In this document: in pieces, positions 1 to 9,900 of the stretch
Position numbering within the stretch: position 1 is the first letter of the stretch
How the letters are laid out: the number at the start of each line of letters is the position of its first letter
DNA from: Balanoglossus misakiensis
Lineage: Eukaryota > Animalia > Hemichordata
Length of the DNA: 64,000 bases
Assembly: GCA_040954595.2 (NCBI GenBank)
Contig: CM082581.2
Span: 10,477,099-10,541,098 of the forward strand
Reading direction: 5' to 3'
Program-made: the position numbers and the translations under genes
The notes under the pieces: generated by a model
Seen by the model: the letters and a program-made list of their open reading frames with translations, nothing else
Databases searched by the model: none
What the model was told of the DNA's origin: nothing

Positions 1-1202
1 TATTCCTACGTATACCTACACCCTTTGTGTACTGCTGTCGCACAACCTCTTCAGTGTCAAGTCTCTCTAGAACGCACTACACTTTATCAGTGCGTGACAT
101 TTTATTCCGGAGTAGGCCTCTTTTGTCTTATGCAGTGTCTGCTTCAATATTTATTGAGTACATGTACCGTGTGCGGTGCTGAGTAAGACATTCTGTTTTA
201 ACACTAGTCCTGTTGAAGTTGTTGGACATTTAAGCCGTTCAGATATTTATCCCGCACAACTTTGCTGAATGTAAATCTGGTTTCTCATGTTCTGCCATGG
301 TGTGATGATTATATTTTTGTAAGATGTTCAAATACTGCCATTGTCAGTTATATTTCAATCTGCCAAAATTAATGTAACTCGAAATTCTGTATGTACGACG
401 TGAGGTTTATGGATGTAAAATGAAATGAGCTCATGCACATGCTGGCACATGTTCTGACTTGTTACAGTTTCTATTCTAAAGAGGTTTTTTTCTGTGTACG
501 TTGTTTATCCTGTGTTATTGATTCAAACTTTTGGGTCCAGCTTTAAAAAAACTTCCCTTTTCCCTTGGGAGTTTATAACCCAGTACTGTAGTCTCAGTGA
601 TAGAGTGTTCTTGTTGCAAAAGCACAAATAAAATGTTTCCCTGTTTATGTAAGCTTATTTTCTTTCTCTATTGGGCGTTGAGGGCGGGCTATATTCAGGT
701 GGGTATGGGAATGAGATGTCATGTCAACGTAAGGAATAGACTGACGATGGAAAGCCAACTAGTACATACTGACAATACAAAATGTGTATTATTAGTGATA
801 TTATTTAATAGACTTTCATAATGAAGGTCATTAATGTTGAATTCAGAAAACGGAATTGGCAAAGAATTAAAGCTGCAAAACTATATCAAAAACGTATTAG
901 AAATAAACAAATAAGTATGATAGAAAACATTGCATTGGAAGAAAGTAATAGTATTCAGAAGTTGACCTAGTAACTAGATACGCTTTCATTTGATAAATTG
1001 TCCTACAGAAAACTGAATTGCTCTGCGCCTGCGAAGTCACCAAATCTGGGAACTTGTAATCTGAAACAGCCAGAAGATTTGATTGGAGCTCGCTTGGTAA
1101 GGCGAAACTGGATTGGTTGGTTATCGATGGTTTCCACGAGTTAGAATGCAGCATGCATCACACTCTTTCATTGTAACTCTAAACCTCGGTCTCTTGATGG
1201 AA

Positions 1203-1237
1203 CGAAGATTCTGGAGAAGTTCACAACGCGTATAAAT
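1203..1237 (+). promoter_or_regulatory. Imperfect heat-shock element followed by a TATA box
   Basis: GAAgaTTCtgGAg (1204-1216; two perfect units plus one imperfect nGAAn unit) and TATAAAT at 1231-1237. No clean ATG-initiated ORF lies downstream. Confidence 0.4.
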
Positions 1238-4200
1238 TGGCCTGCTTTTTTGTTGTCCGTTTTCTTCCCGAAAAAGCGCTCGCACGAACACATTTTCGAC
1301 AGTAAAGTTCTTCTTTAGGCGATGTTAAGTCGATGTATTAAACAGCAGAATATGCAGAAACAGGTCGGTGCATTTTCGATATTCCTGTCTCCGTGGTTAC
1401 TGCCTCCATCATGATCCAGTACGGTGTTCAGGCAGTGGAGTGGCGACTCTTCTGGAGACTACGGACGACGTTTCTTTGAGGACTGACCACCAGCAGTGTC
1501 CGCTCTTGGCCTGGTCTGAGTCTTCAACGGAGTGTATCTGACCGGGTGACCTGCCTTGGGGTCTTTTGGCCAGTACAGGCAGTACGCAAACTCCAAACCA
1601 GTCAACATGCTCGCTGTGTCTTTCCAAATGAATTTCACGAATGAAGTCGCTTCAGTGGTGTTCTCTCAACACTTTGACATTCTCTATCAAGACTCCCTCT
1701 TATATTCCTCACCGTGTCCTTCAAATATCGATGTTTCCTGTAACCACACGTCATCATTTGCGCAATTGTCGGTAAATGTTTTGACCAGGGTTCATTATTA
1801 ACGTGCATTCAGATCATGGGATCAGGTTAGGGTCACCCATCCATGTACTTCGACACAACAGGACAAGATCACCTTTGAAGATACCTGCACATGCTATATA
1901 CGTATCTGCAGTGATTGTAGCATTGGTCGCCCATTGAATGACGTTCCGTGACGCAAGAACGCTACGAACTCGGAGCGACCACAACTTGAATCACTGCAAT
2001 GTTTATGTTTGTGTTTCTTTGGAATTAAATAACATCACTATTTCTTGTCAATACGTTAGTCATCTTTATTTACTTTATTTTCCAATGTAGTATCAAGAAT
2101 GTAACATACATGCTTTCTATTCGCTGTCAGACCAAGGGCACGGTTCAATAACGTATGATACACCTGTTGTCCAACTTTAGGATAATTTTAATAGTCATGT
2201 GACTTTCCTTTTTCCCAACCTGCCAAGTAGTTCGCCAGCAAAAGTGGTTCGACGAGCAGCCGCCTGCTTCTCTTGAGCATACCAGCAGCTAACTGACCGG
2301 TACCACGTTTTTGGCCCAACGTGCCCAATGATCTGTGGATAATTCCTGGTGGAGTCTGGAAACTTCTCCCTTTCCAGAAAGGTATTGTTCTCTTCGGTTT
2401 TATTATCGAAAGGTCACCCACGAGTTATTCATAATCGCACACCGATGAGTTGGTTGACTAATCTTGGTTTGGAATACTGTTTCCAAGCCCGTCAGTCGGG
2501 GGAGAACTTGTATATTTTGGCACCTTCTCTCTCTCAGAAGCCAGAGAATTTTGCAATTGGTAATAATTGGGTCAGACATATGAATATCTGATATCAGAGG
2601 GGTTAAACGGGACAGAATTTACACACGAGAAATGCGCGAATTAGCCAGTGAATTTCTTTGTACATCGGTTTCTCAACGACACTGTTCTCCGCACACCTTA
2701 CGTCATAAAGTCACATGGTCATCGTCCGTCCAATCCATGGCGTGAAAACGATAGCCAGGTGGTACCAGTTTCCAAGCTTCCGCTTACGTTACTGAATACT
2801 GTGACATGACATGCAAAGTACGCAGCGATAAAATTGCGGGTGCCAAAGGTTTCTAGTTTGGTTGATTCTCGAAAACTACCATTTCGAAACTTAGAGTTGT
2901 TATCTGCATGTGTTCGGAAAAAAGTCATCAAGAGGAAGTGCTGGGAGTATTCCGTTTGGCGTTTTAGAATTCGACGAACCGAGATAACGGAGTCGTCCGA
3001 GGATTTCCTCTGTCTAGACCCACCTATAAATTCGCCAAGGTACGAGTCATTCGTTCAGTATCAATAGACTGATTTTGGGGGTTATCAACCATCGGTTTAA
3101 ATAGTTTCGCAATAAAACCGCAAAGACCGAGGCTAATACCACGTGTTGTGAAGCGATTGGTGTGGCGTGATCGCAATGCTACTGTCGGTGACGTGACGGT
3201 CAGAGAACCCGGTATATACACCTTCTTCATTTTTTGCTCTCTTGCAATTTTCTAAAAATTGTTAAGATGTGAGATTGATGTCAGCTTCGGCTACAGAAAT
3301 TTGAATCTTACTTGGATTAAAATCACCCTATATTGCAGAGTTGAAAAATATAATATTAAAACGTGTTGAATCATACGTGTCTTGTACCGACGATTTAATG
3401 ACCGTACCGTCAGCATCTACGTGACAAACCCCACTAGGTCATATTCGCATGTCTGTGAATGGTTCACGTCATTTCTAAAAAAAGGTTATATCACATAGTT
3501 GAGGTGTGTTCTGCAATTACGTCATGCGAAATTTTTTAAACGTCTGTCTAGTGTTGGTAATGGGGAGTGTCCAGGGTCTATCAAATATTAACGATAGATA
3601 GAATTGTCGACTGACTTCTATTTTGGGGTACATCAGTATTTCCCAGTCACCTGGATATTAGAGGCAGCTGGGGTTACTACACCACGTGCATTGGTTGCAC
3701 TTTGAGGCTTTTATATTTTAAAAAGTGATCTTCTTTTGTATGCGTTGAAGATACATGTAGATGTGATGTTTTCGATTGGCTTGCAATGGTGGTCAGTGGT
3801 GGTGGTGGTGGGGGGGGGGGGTGACATGTCAGCTTTCTCGACTTGAGTCGTGGTGACTATAACCAAGGATCGGACGGTCATCATGCATGAAATCGTCCTC
3901 ATAATTAGACTCTTTTGGTCAATCCAGTATTCTGATAGTGTTCTCTTACTGGACACATCGTTATAACCGCATATATTAAAGTGTCATCATTCATGTCTAT
4001 GAGAGACTGCATTACGTGTAGTAGAGCACACGCGAGGTTTGTAGATAGATGATGAACAGCGCGAATGTCATGCGCAATGACAGGATTTGAATATATTTGT
4101 CGGCGAACAAAGTGACAAATGTTATTTACCGTATCCCTGGGAATATGCGAAATCTGGAGAGAGAGAAACACCTGCACCGACAAGGATTTTTTGACACGAC

Positions 4201-4975
4201 CTTCTTTTGAACAATGGAAAAAATGTTTTTAATTTCTCACACAGATAAGAATTAAAAGATTGCAATGTTCCCATTGTTTCAAGTGGCCTTCATGTTGTTT
4301 CTCAGGATTTTCTCGAGGACTCGATTGTTTTTGATTAAAATAATATGATGAAATTTTTGCGAAATTGAGGGGAAATACGCCATTATTTTTGTTTCCAGTC
4401 ATTTTATACGGTGTTTCATTAAGTATACAATTATAAAAAGCTGTTGACGCGTGCAGATATCTCATTCCACGGTCCCTCCAATGACGAGACTGTGGTCACT
4501 TCTATTTCTGCCAAGCGACGTTGCACAATTTCGCGAATAATTTCGACACAATAGGAAATCGGTCGGATGATGTAGCGTTTACACCGATTACATCGACAAA
4601 TATTAACGTTTGGCAAATACGCAGTAACCACGCTAAACTGAAAATTCGAGATACATTGCATCACCTTGAAGAGTTCGGAGATTGCGTCACCTTTTGGGCC
4701 ATGCCAGTTTGCAGGTGTGGAGAAGTATAATGGCGTATTAAAAACTGAAGAAAAAAAAGTTTAAAATATCCAAAGAAGCCGAAACTTACTAAAAGAAAGC
4801 TTCAAATATGAAATCTTTTGACATACATTGTCAATTTTGTTTACGTGCAAAATTTCTGCTGTACAGCTGACGGTGACAAATATTTGAATAGCGTGGGGTT
4901 CTTCCCAATTGGTATTTGTAATCACCTTGTTTGAACAATGATATCGTACGAGGGATTTTTGAAAAACAAGTAGCG

Positions 4976-4983
4976 TATATAAA
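4976..4983 (+). promoter_or_regulatory. TATA box of small-protein gene A
   Basis: TATATAAA, with an Inr-like CAGTT about 30 nt downstream and the first ATG at 5106. Confidence 0.6.
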
Positions 4984-5105
4984 GTGCGCACTAATCGATC
5001 AGCTGGTACAGTTGTCTTGTGACTTTACACACGAAACATCCCGAAGCTGTGAAGGCTCACTACATAGCAGAAATTATCGTTTGGTTCGACAAGAAAGCAG
5101 GCAAG

Positions 5106-5342
5106 ATGCGGGACACGTACGTTCTATCGAGTATGGCCAACGGCGTCTACGGAGCCGATTATCTCCACGTAGAGACGAGGAGTCGTTCGAACACAGCGAG
5201 CAGCACAACGAGTACGACGAGCACCGACAGCAGGGCGAGCATCCGAAGCGTTCAGCCGGCCGCCAAGGGTGCGGCTCCCCGCAGGAAGACGACAAAGCGC
5301 CGTGTCACCAAGACCGAGTACTTGTTGATGGTTGGAGAGTAA
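5106..5342 (+). CDS. Small Ser/Thr- and Arg/Lys-rich disordered protein (78 aa), member A of an unassigned tandem family
   Basis: First ATG (5106) within track ORF 5019..5342, in a locally GC-rich stretch downstream of a TATA box. RSNTASSTTSTTSTDSR matches RSNTVGSTDSTSSHDGK of 9901..10347 at 10/17 positions. C-terminal TKTEYLLMVGE* matches ANTEHLWMVE* and SNTECLSMIE*. Confidence 0.7.
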   Translation: MRDTYVLSSMANGVYGADYLHVETRSRSNTASSTTSTTSTDSRASIRSVQPAAKGAAPRRKTTKRRVTKTEYLLMVGE

Positions 5343-5587
5343 GCCGCACTGGACCCGACCGCAGAGAAATACTCGTTGGTTTGAAAGATGCGTGGTTCTA
5401 GCAGTATGATGCGTGGTACTTGGTGTTGTCCGTCGGGGCAACACTTGGCGCTGTAAAGGACATTCAGAACTGAGAACATGCAACGCAGAGCTGTGACGAA
5501 TTATTGGCCAAACTCAACCAGGGCTATAGCCCTACAGCATGGCCGTGAACACCCAAGAACTGAGTCAGTGACTCGACTTTTTTAGCG

Positions 5588-5654
5588 AGAACATTCGAGA
5601 ACCTTTCATGCCAACTTCAGAGAAACTTTCCTTGAGAATATTCGAGAATTTTCC
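5588..5654. promoter_or_regulatory. Heat-shock element array (HSF sites) with adjacent AP-1 site
   Basis: GAAcaTTCgaGAA (5589-5601) and GAAtaTTCgaGAAttTTC (5636-5653) are 3 and 4 perfectly phased inverted nGAAn units. Further partial units extend to ~5775. TGAGTCA lies at 5561-5567. Confidence 0.8.
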
Positions 5655-7006
5655 TCGAGAATGACGACGAACATGGTGACAGTTATGATCGAGAGGCTTC
5701 GTCTTCACACGAGAATCTCCTAGGAAGAATTCGATGCGAATTCTCGACTGTATTTTGTTGGAACTGGAAGATCGGAAATCCGGGACAGCTCCTATAACAA
5801 AGCAGGCGAACAGACATTGACATTTTTGTCAGTTCAGAGTGGACATTTTAATATATATTTTCTATTTATTCCAACATTTCCTTCGGAATCCTGACTTTGT
5901 GCTAATATATTCTAAGTTGTGTGACACACAGCCTTCTAATTTAAATTCTATGTCGACATTTTTCTGTAGCTATTTTTTCGAGTTTATAGTGCATTTTCAA
6001 AATGGATATTGTTCGTTTAACTATTTTTGACGATTGATGTTTTACATTCGTGTGAATATTGACACACGTGTACGACATCACTCGGATAAATCATTCTCAA
6101 CAATCGAATAAAACATTATTTGACTATTATAGTCCATATTTTGCTTTTTATTTAATGTTGTGTATGTTCAGGGCGATAGATATGAATTCAGGGTGAAATT
6201 GAGAGAATGGGTGACGGACCTATAGTGAATGGAAAGATGGATCGGTGGGAGGGAGACTTTGATTATTATAAGAAAGGGGTATTATGACGGACCCCTCACA
6301 TGCTCGTACTTATTGCAAGCTCCATGAGGTTTCCGTCATCGACGCCCGTTTGTGCAAAATACACGGGGGTCAAAAGTAGGACATGTAAACCACAAAGTTG
6401 TACGCAAGTCTTTGCACGTCATCTACATCAATTGTCGGACCCCTGTCCAAATCAACAACATCCAGTGATTCGATTCCCACCATTGAATTCGTGTGTTGTA
6501 TACCGTGTAAAGACGACGACTTCAACAGTTTCATCTCATTCTTGATTCGATTCTTCATTCAGGTTTCAGCAAACACCAAACCAGAAAGATTACAAAAATA
6601 TTCAGTTCGAAAACTTCTACGACCATACAATTTTAATACATGTATCACAGACTGTAAGTTTGTTCAGTGGAGAAATCAAAATATACTGATGTCACTGTGA
6701 CCCCGTGCGCACCTGTTGATCTCAGTGATAAATGTGGTCGGGGTATCATTACTATATATTCACCAGAAAGAAGAACAATTCGTATCATTATTAAGTGTGT
6801 GGTACTAAAAACGATGTGTTGGAAGCCATGAGCAAATTTGGGTGTTCTATGGCCAATCGGAGAGTCCTACCATTCGTTCAATTTAGAGTAATTTACAAAT
6901 AATGAGCATCGCAACTGTCTATGACAACGATGAAATGTTATGATAATCGCCCGATCTTTGCATTGTGTGTAAATAAGCATGTGCTCTCTGATCAAATATA
7001 TTCGGG

Positions 7007-7041
7007 TATAAAAGGACATAGAGCAATTCTACGTTTCAGTC
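7007..7041 (+). promoter_or_regulatory. Core promoter (TATA + Inr) of gene B
   Basis: TATAAAA at 7007-7013, TCAGT about 30 nt downstream, and CCAAT at ~6853. Alignable with the promoter of gene C. Confidence 0.7.
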
Positions 7042-7136
7042 GCTTGCTAAAGCGTAACCCGCACAGCTAAGCCGTTTTCTTCTCAACTCCCAACCCGCCG
7101 ACCGGTCTGCAAGAAAAAAACTTTTAAAGGATAATA

Positions 7137-7586
7137 ATGGCTGATGATATAGTCTACGCTATAGACGGCCATCATGGCCAGGGAGCGGAGAAGGGAGACC
7201 ATGGATACAGCCATCTGCACGAGGAGCAGAAAAAGCACTCGGACGCAGCGGGGAGTGTGGCTAGCGCCGACGGCAAGGGTGAATCCCACGACAGCGCCGA
7301 CAAGCACGAGAAGAGCCACGGTCACGGCCATGCCCATGGTCACGGTCCCCATGTGGATCTCCACGGTCACAGTCACCATGGTTACAGTCACCTAGACAAA
7401 GAACACGGCCAACGATCGGATGCTGCGAAAAGCACGGGCGGGGCCGACGGCAAGGAACATTCCAGTCACGCCCATGATGCTGACGGAAGCAAGAAGGAGC
7501 ATGACAAGCACCACCACCACCACCTTCCCCACGTCCATCTGCAGTACACTAAGGCCAACACAGAACACCTGTGGATGGTGGAATAA
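7137..7586 (+). CDS. His/Gly-rich hydrophilic protein (149 aa), member B; intronless, no signal peptide
   Basis: GC-rich ORF with good start context (ataATGG), TATA upstream and AATAAA at 7942-7947. 32/149 His by manual count. Internal two-fold repeat. Clear paralogue of 9901..10347. Confidence 0.85.
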   Translation: MADDIVYAIDGHHGQGAEKGDHGYSHLHEEQKKHSDAAGSVASADGKGESHDSADKHEKSHGHGHAHGHGPHVDLHGHSHHGYSHLDKEHGQRSDAAKSTGGADGKEHSSHAHDADGSKKEHDKHHHHHLPHVHLQYTKANTEHLWMVE

Positions 7587-8048
7587 CAGCCACGACAGAT
7601 GTTCGCTTGAAAACGGAGGACAGGGACAATAGCCTATCTGTCGATGCCAGACAGTATTCATGTCGCGTCTCTTGAAGGAATATCACCGACACTGGTGTAA
7701 AACTGTGATGATATCGTGTTGAAAACTGTGATGATAAAGTCTCTTGCCAATATTTTGTCTATCTGTACAGTGTACTCGGTCAGTCTATACAAAGACAATT
7801 TATCGTGGACCTATTTGTCGTATCCGAACACGCGGTTATATTTCGCTCATAATTTCTGGCGTGATCCTGTATTCCACCGGTGATATTTGATACGATATTC
7901 GAACATAATTATTTCTACGTACATATAAATCTTTCCAAAGGAATAAAATCCTTACAATTCAACACATGCATGTGCGTTTGTTCTGTTTTGGGTTTTGACG
8001 ATTGCCACATGAAAATGCTCCGTGACACCAAGATATCTATATTGTCTT

Positions 8049-8084
8049 GAATTGTCTTGAATATATTTATATTCAAGACAATTC
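8049..8084. repeat. Perfect 17-bp inverted repeat with 2-nt spacer
   Basis: gaattgtcttgaatata-tt-tatattcaagacaattc, with an extra tandem copy of attgtcttga at 8041-8050. Confidence 0.9.
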
Positions 8085-8759
8085 TGGGTCAAGGCACATA
8101 TATTTACTAAGTACGTACTCATAAGTAGGCCGAGACATGATCAATAATTGACGAAAATTCCAATTTCGTATACAAGGCAGTGAGATACATGTACAATTTA
8201 CTGCCATGCTGTCGTTTGGGGGAAATCGGCATATGCTGAGGTCAAGTTGTTTTGCCATTCACATCAGTCTAAGACCCATTCGAATACGTGAAGTCAAGAT
8301 TGACATACTATAATCGACGTGGCATTGTACACGGCATCACTAAGGAGGTAGAATCTTTACGAAGATGTTTCTAAAGAAAACAATGTCTTAGAGAGGAACA
8401 AACTTGATGTGGATCTAGTGAAGATAATCGGTGAATCTTGTAAAATATTGACAGGGTGACCTTGTTTATAGGAACGATGAAGTGTACGGACGTCCTCGGG
8501 CACTGACATGAATTAAGGTTATCTCATCTTACCCCGACACCGAAAACAACAATCTTATTTTATTTATTTACATTGTCATGATTGTAGTGGAAACTGTCGG
8601 GTGTTTTTTTTGTAAACAACACATGCATAATGACCCACAACAATTCCCTGATGATGGCAGCATTAGTAGTAATTAACGGGTTACTGTAGATCACATATTC
8701 ATAATTTTAGCGCCCAAGCCTCTTTTCTGTAAACGCCACACCTGGTCATCACTTGACAC

Positions 8760-8925
8760 AATTCCACTGAACTCCTTGGGAATTAATCAAGAGCTCACGT
8801 CTGAAAAGTAATCAACACATCTTGCGATCTCTGTCCTTCTAGGTACCCATCATTCGAGGGTGAGAAGAAACAAGGAGTAAAGTGCCTCAAAGACATACCC
8901 ATGGTGGCGATTGAACCAACGATTC
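8760..8925 (-). mobile_element. Degenerate tRNA-derived SINE fragment
   Basis: aggtacccat...gggtgagaagaaacaa...agtaaagtgcct...ggcgattgaacc reads on the - strand as a B-box-like GGTTCAAT followed by the 'cactttactc...caccc...atgggtacc' core I recall from metazoan V/Meta-type SINEs. Recognised from memory and not searched. Confidence 0.5.
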
Positions 8926-9764
8926 GCAGGCAGCCAAGGCCAATATTGCAAAGTAGGTCGTGTCCTCATTATCTATATTACTGTGACGATTCTGCCATAT
9001 TAAGACGACCCCAAACACATACACACATATTATTTATAATAATTACACTGTCTCCAAAACATTTTGTCAATTACAAGTAAACCACCAAGACTAAACTTTA
9101 AGCTCATTTGGGGGGGGGGGGGGTCGGGTTTTATATGTAAACGAAGAATGAACACCAGTTGCACCCCAAAAGCAAATCCCGCGCTGTTCTCGCGAAAATG
9201 AGATCTCGTCGGCCATATGCATCAAAGGTTTATCGGTACTGTACTGCTGCCACGTCTGCAAACGCAACTCGCCATGCGTGGCCGGATCCCTGCTTGGATC
9301 TAAACGAGAATCCCATCTAATCAGCCAATGAAATCAAAGGTGAACTTTTGCAACTGTTATAGGCTGTGTACTATGCCTTGCACATTATTATCACAAACAG
9401 AATGTGGTGACGTCATTGATGAGACCCCGGACATCTGTGGATATCATGATGCGACACCCTAATTATGCTACGATAGGCGACATGATGTTGTATGTGACAT
9501 GGATCGGATTTAAAATAAAGGAACAGTCTTATCAGTCTGGAAGATGTAAGAAAACAGTCATTAGATAAACGCAAACTTGGAATTGCTTTAAAATTATCTT
9601 GTCTGAGACATTTGATTTTTATATACATGTTTGTTGGAAGCGATCGAATGCCTTTCCGTTGGCATGAATATTGCTATCAGTTTTGTTGATACGAATACTG
9701 AAAATTAATTTATTTATTTGCTTTGTGGTGGAAACTGTCAGGTGTTCTGGAGTATAGCGCAGGT

Positions 9765-9798
9765 TTAAAATGACAGCAATAAATTCCGTGTCTCAGTT
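9765..9798 (+). promoter_or_regulatory. Core promoter (variant TATA TTTAAAA + Inr TCAGTT) of gene C
   Basis: ggtttaaaatgaca..aattc..gtctcagttgc aligns with gene B ggtataaaaggaca..aattc..gtttcagtcgc. CRE palindrome TGACGTCA at 9408-9415. Confidence 0.6.
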
Positions 9799-9900
9799 GC
9801 GTATTGAAGCTCATTGCAAAAGCACTCGTCAACCGTTTAGAAAGCAGCTTGCCCAAGTCAAGAGCCGCCGACCACCGCCATCTTGAAATAACGTCTCAAC

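Noticed and set aside
1322-1801. Multi-UGA selenoprotein or alternative-code ORF
   Set aside because: No recognisable selenoprotein motif and no SECIS identified by eye. A TAA/TAG-free frame of this length can occur by chance in 64 kb. Kept only as a low-weight note within a finding.
4931-5401. 156-aa ORF overlapping gene A in another frame
   Set aside because: It starts at a non-ATG codon upstream of the TATA box, and the family motifs are in the 5019..5342 frame.
7083-7661. Hydrophobic, membrane-like ORFs (7083..7391, 7392..7661; also 10066..10305)
   Set aside because: These are antisense shadows of His codons (CAC/CAT read as GTG/ATG).
4985-9166. Metal-response elements TGCRCNC at 4985, 6706 and 9160 near genes A, B and C
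   Set aside because: Single scattered matches to a degenerate 7-mer, about what chance would give, and not clustered as in metallothionein promoters.
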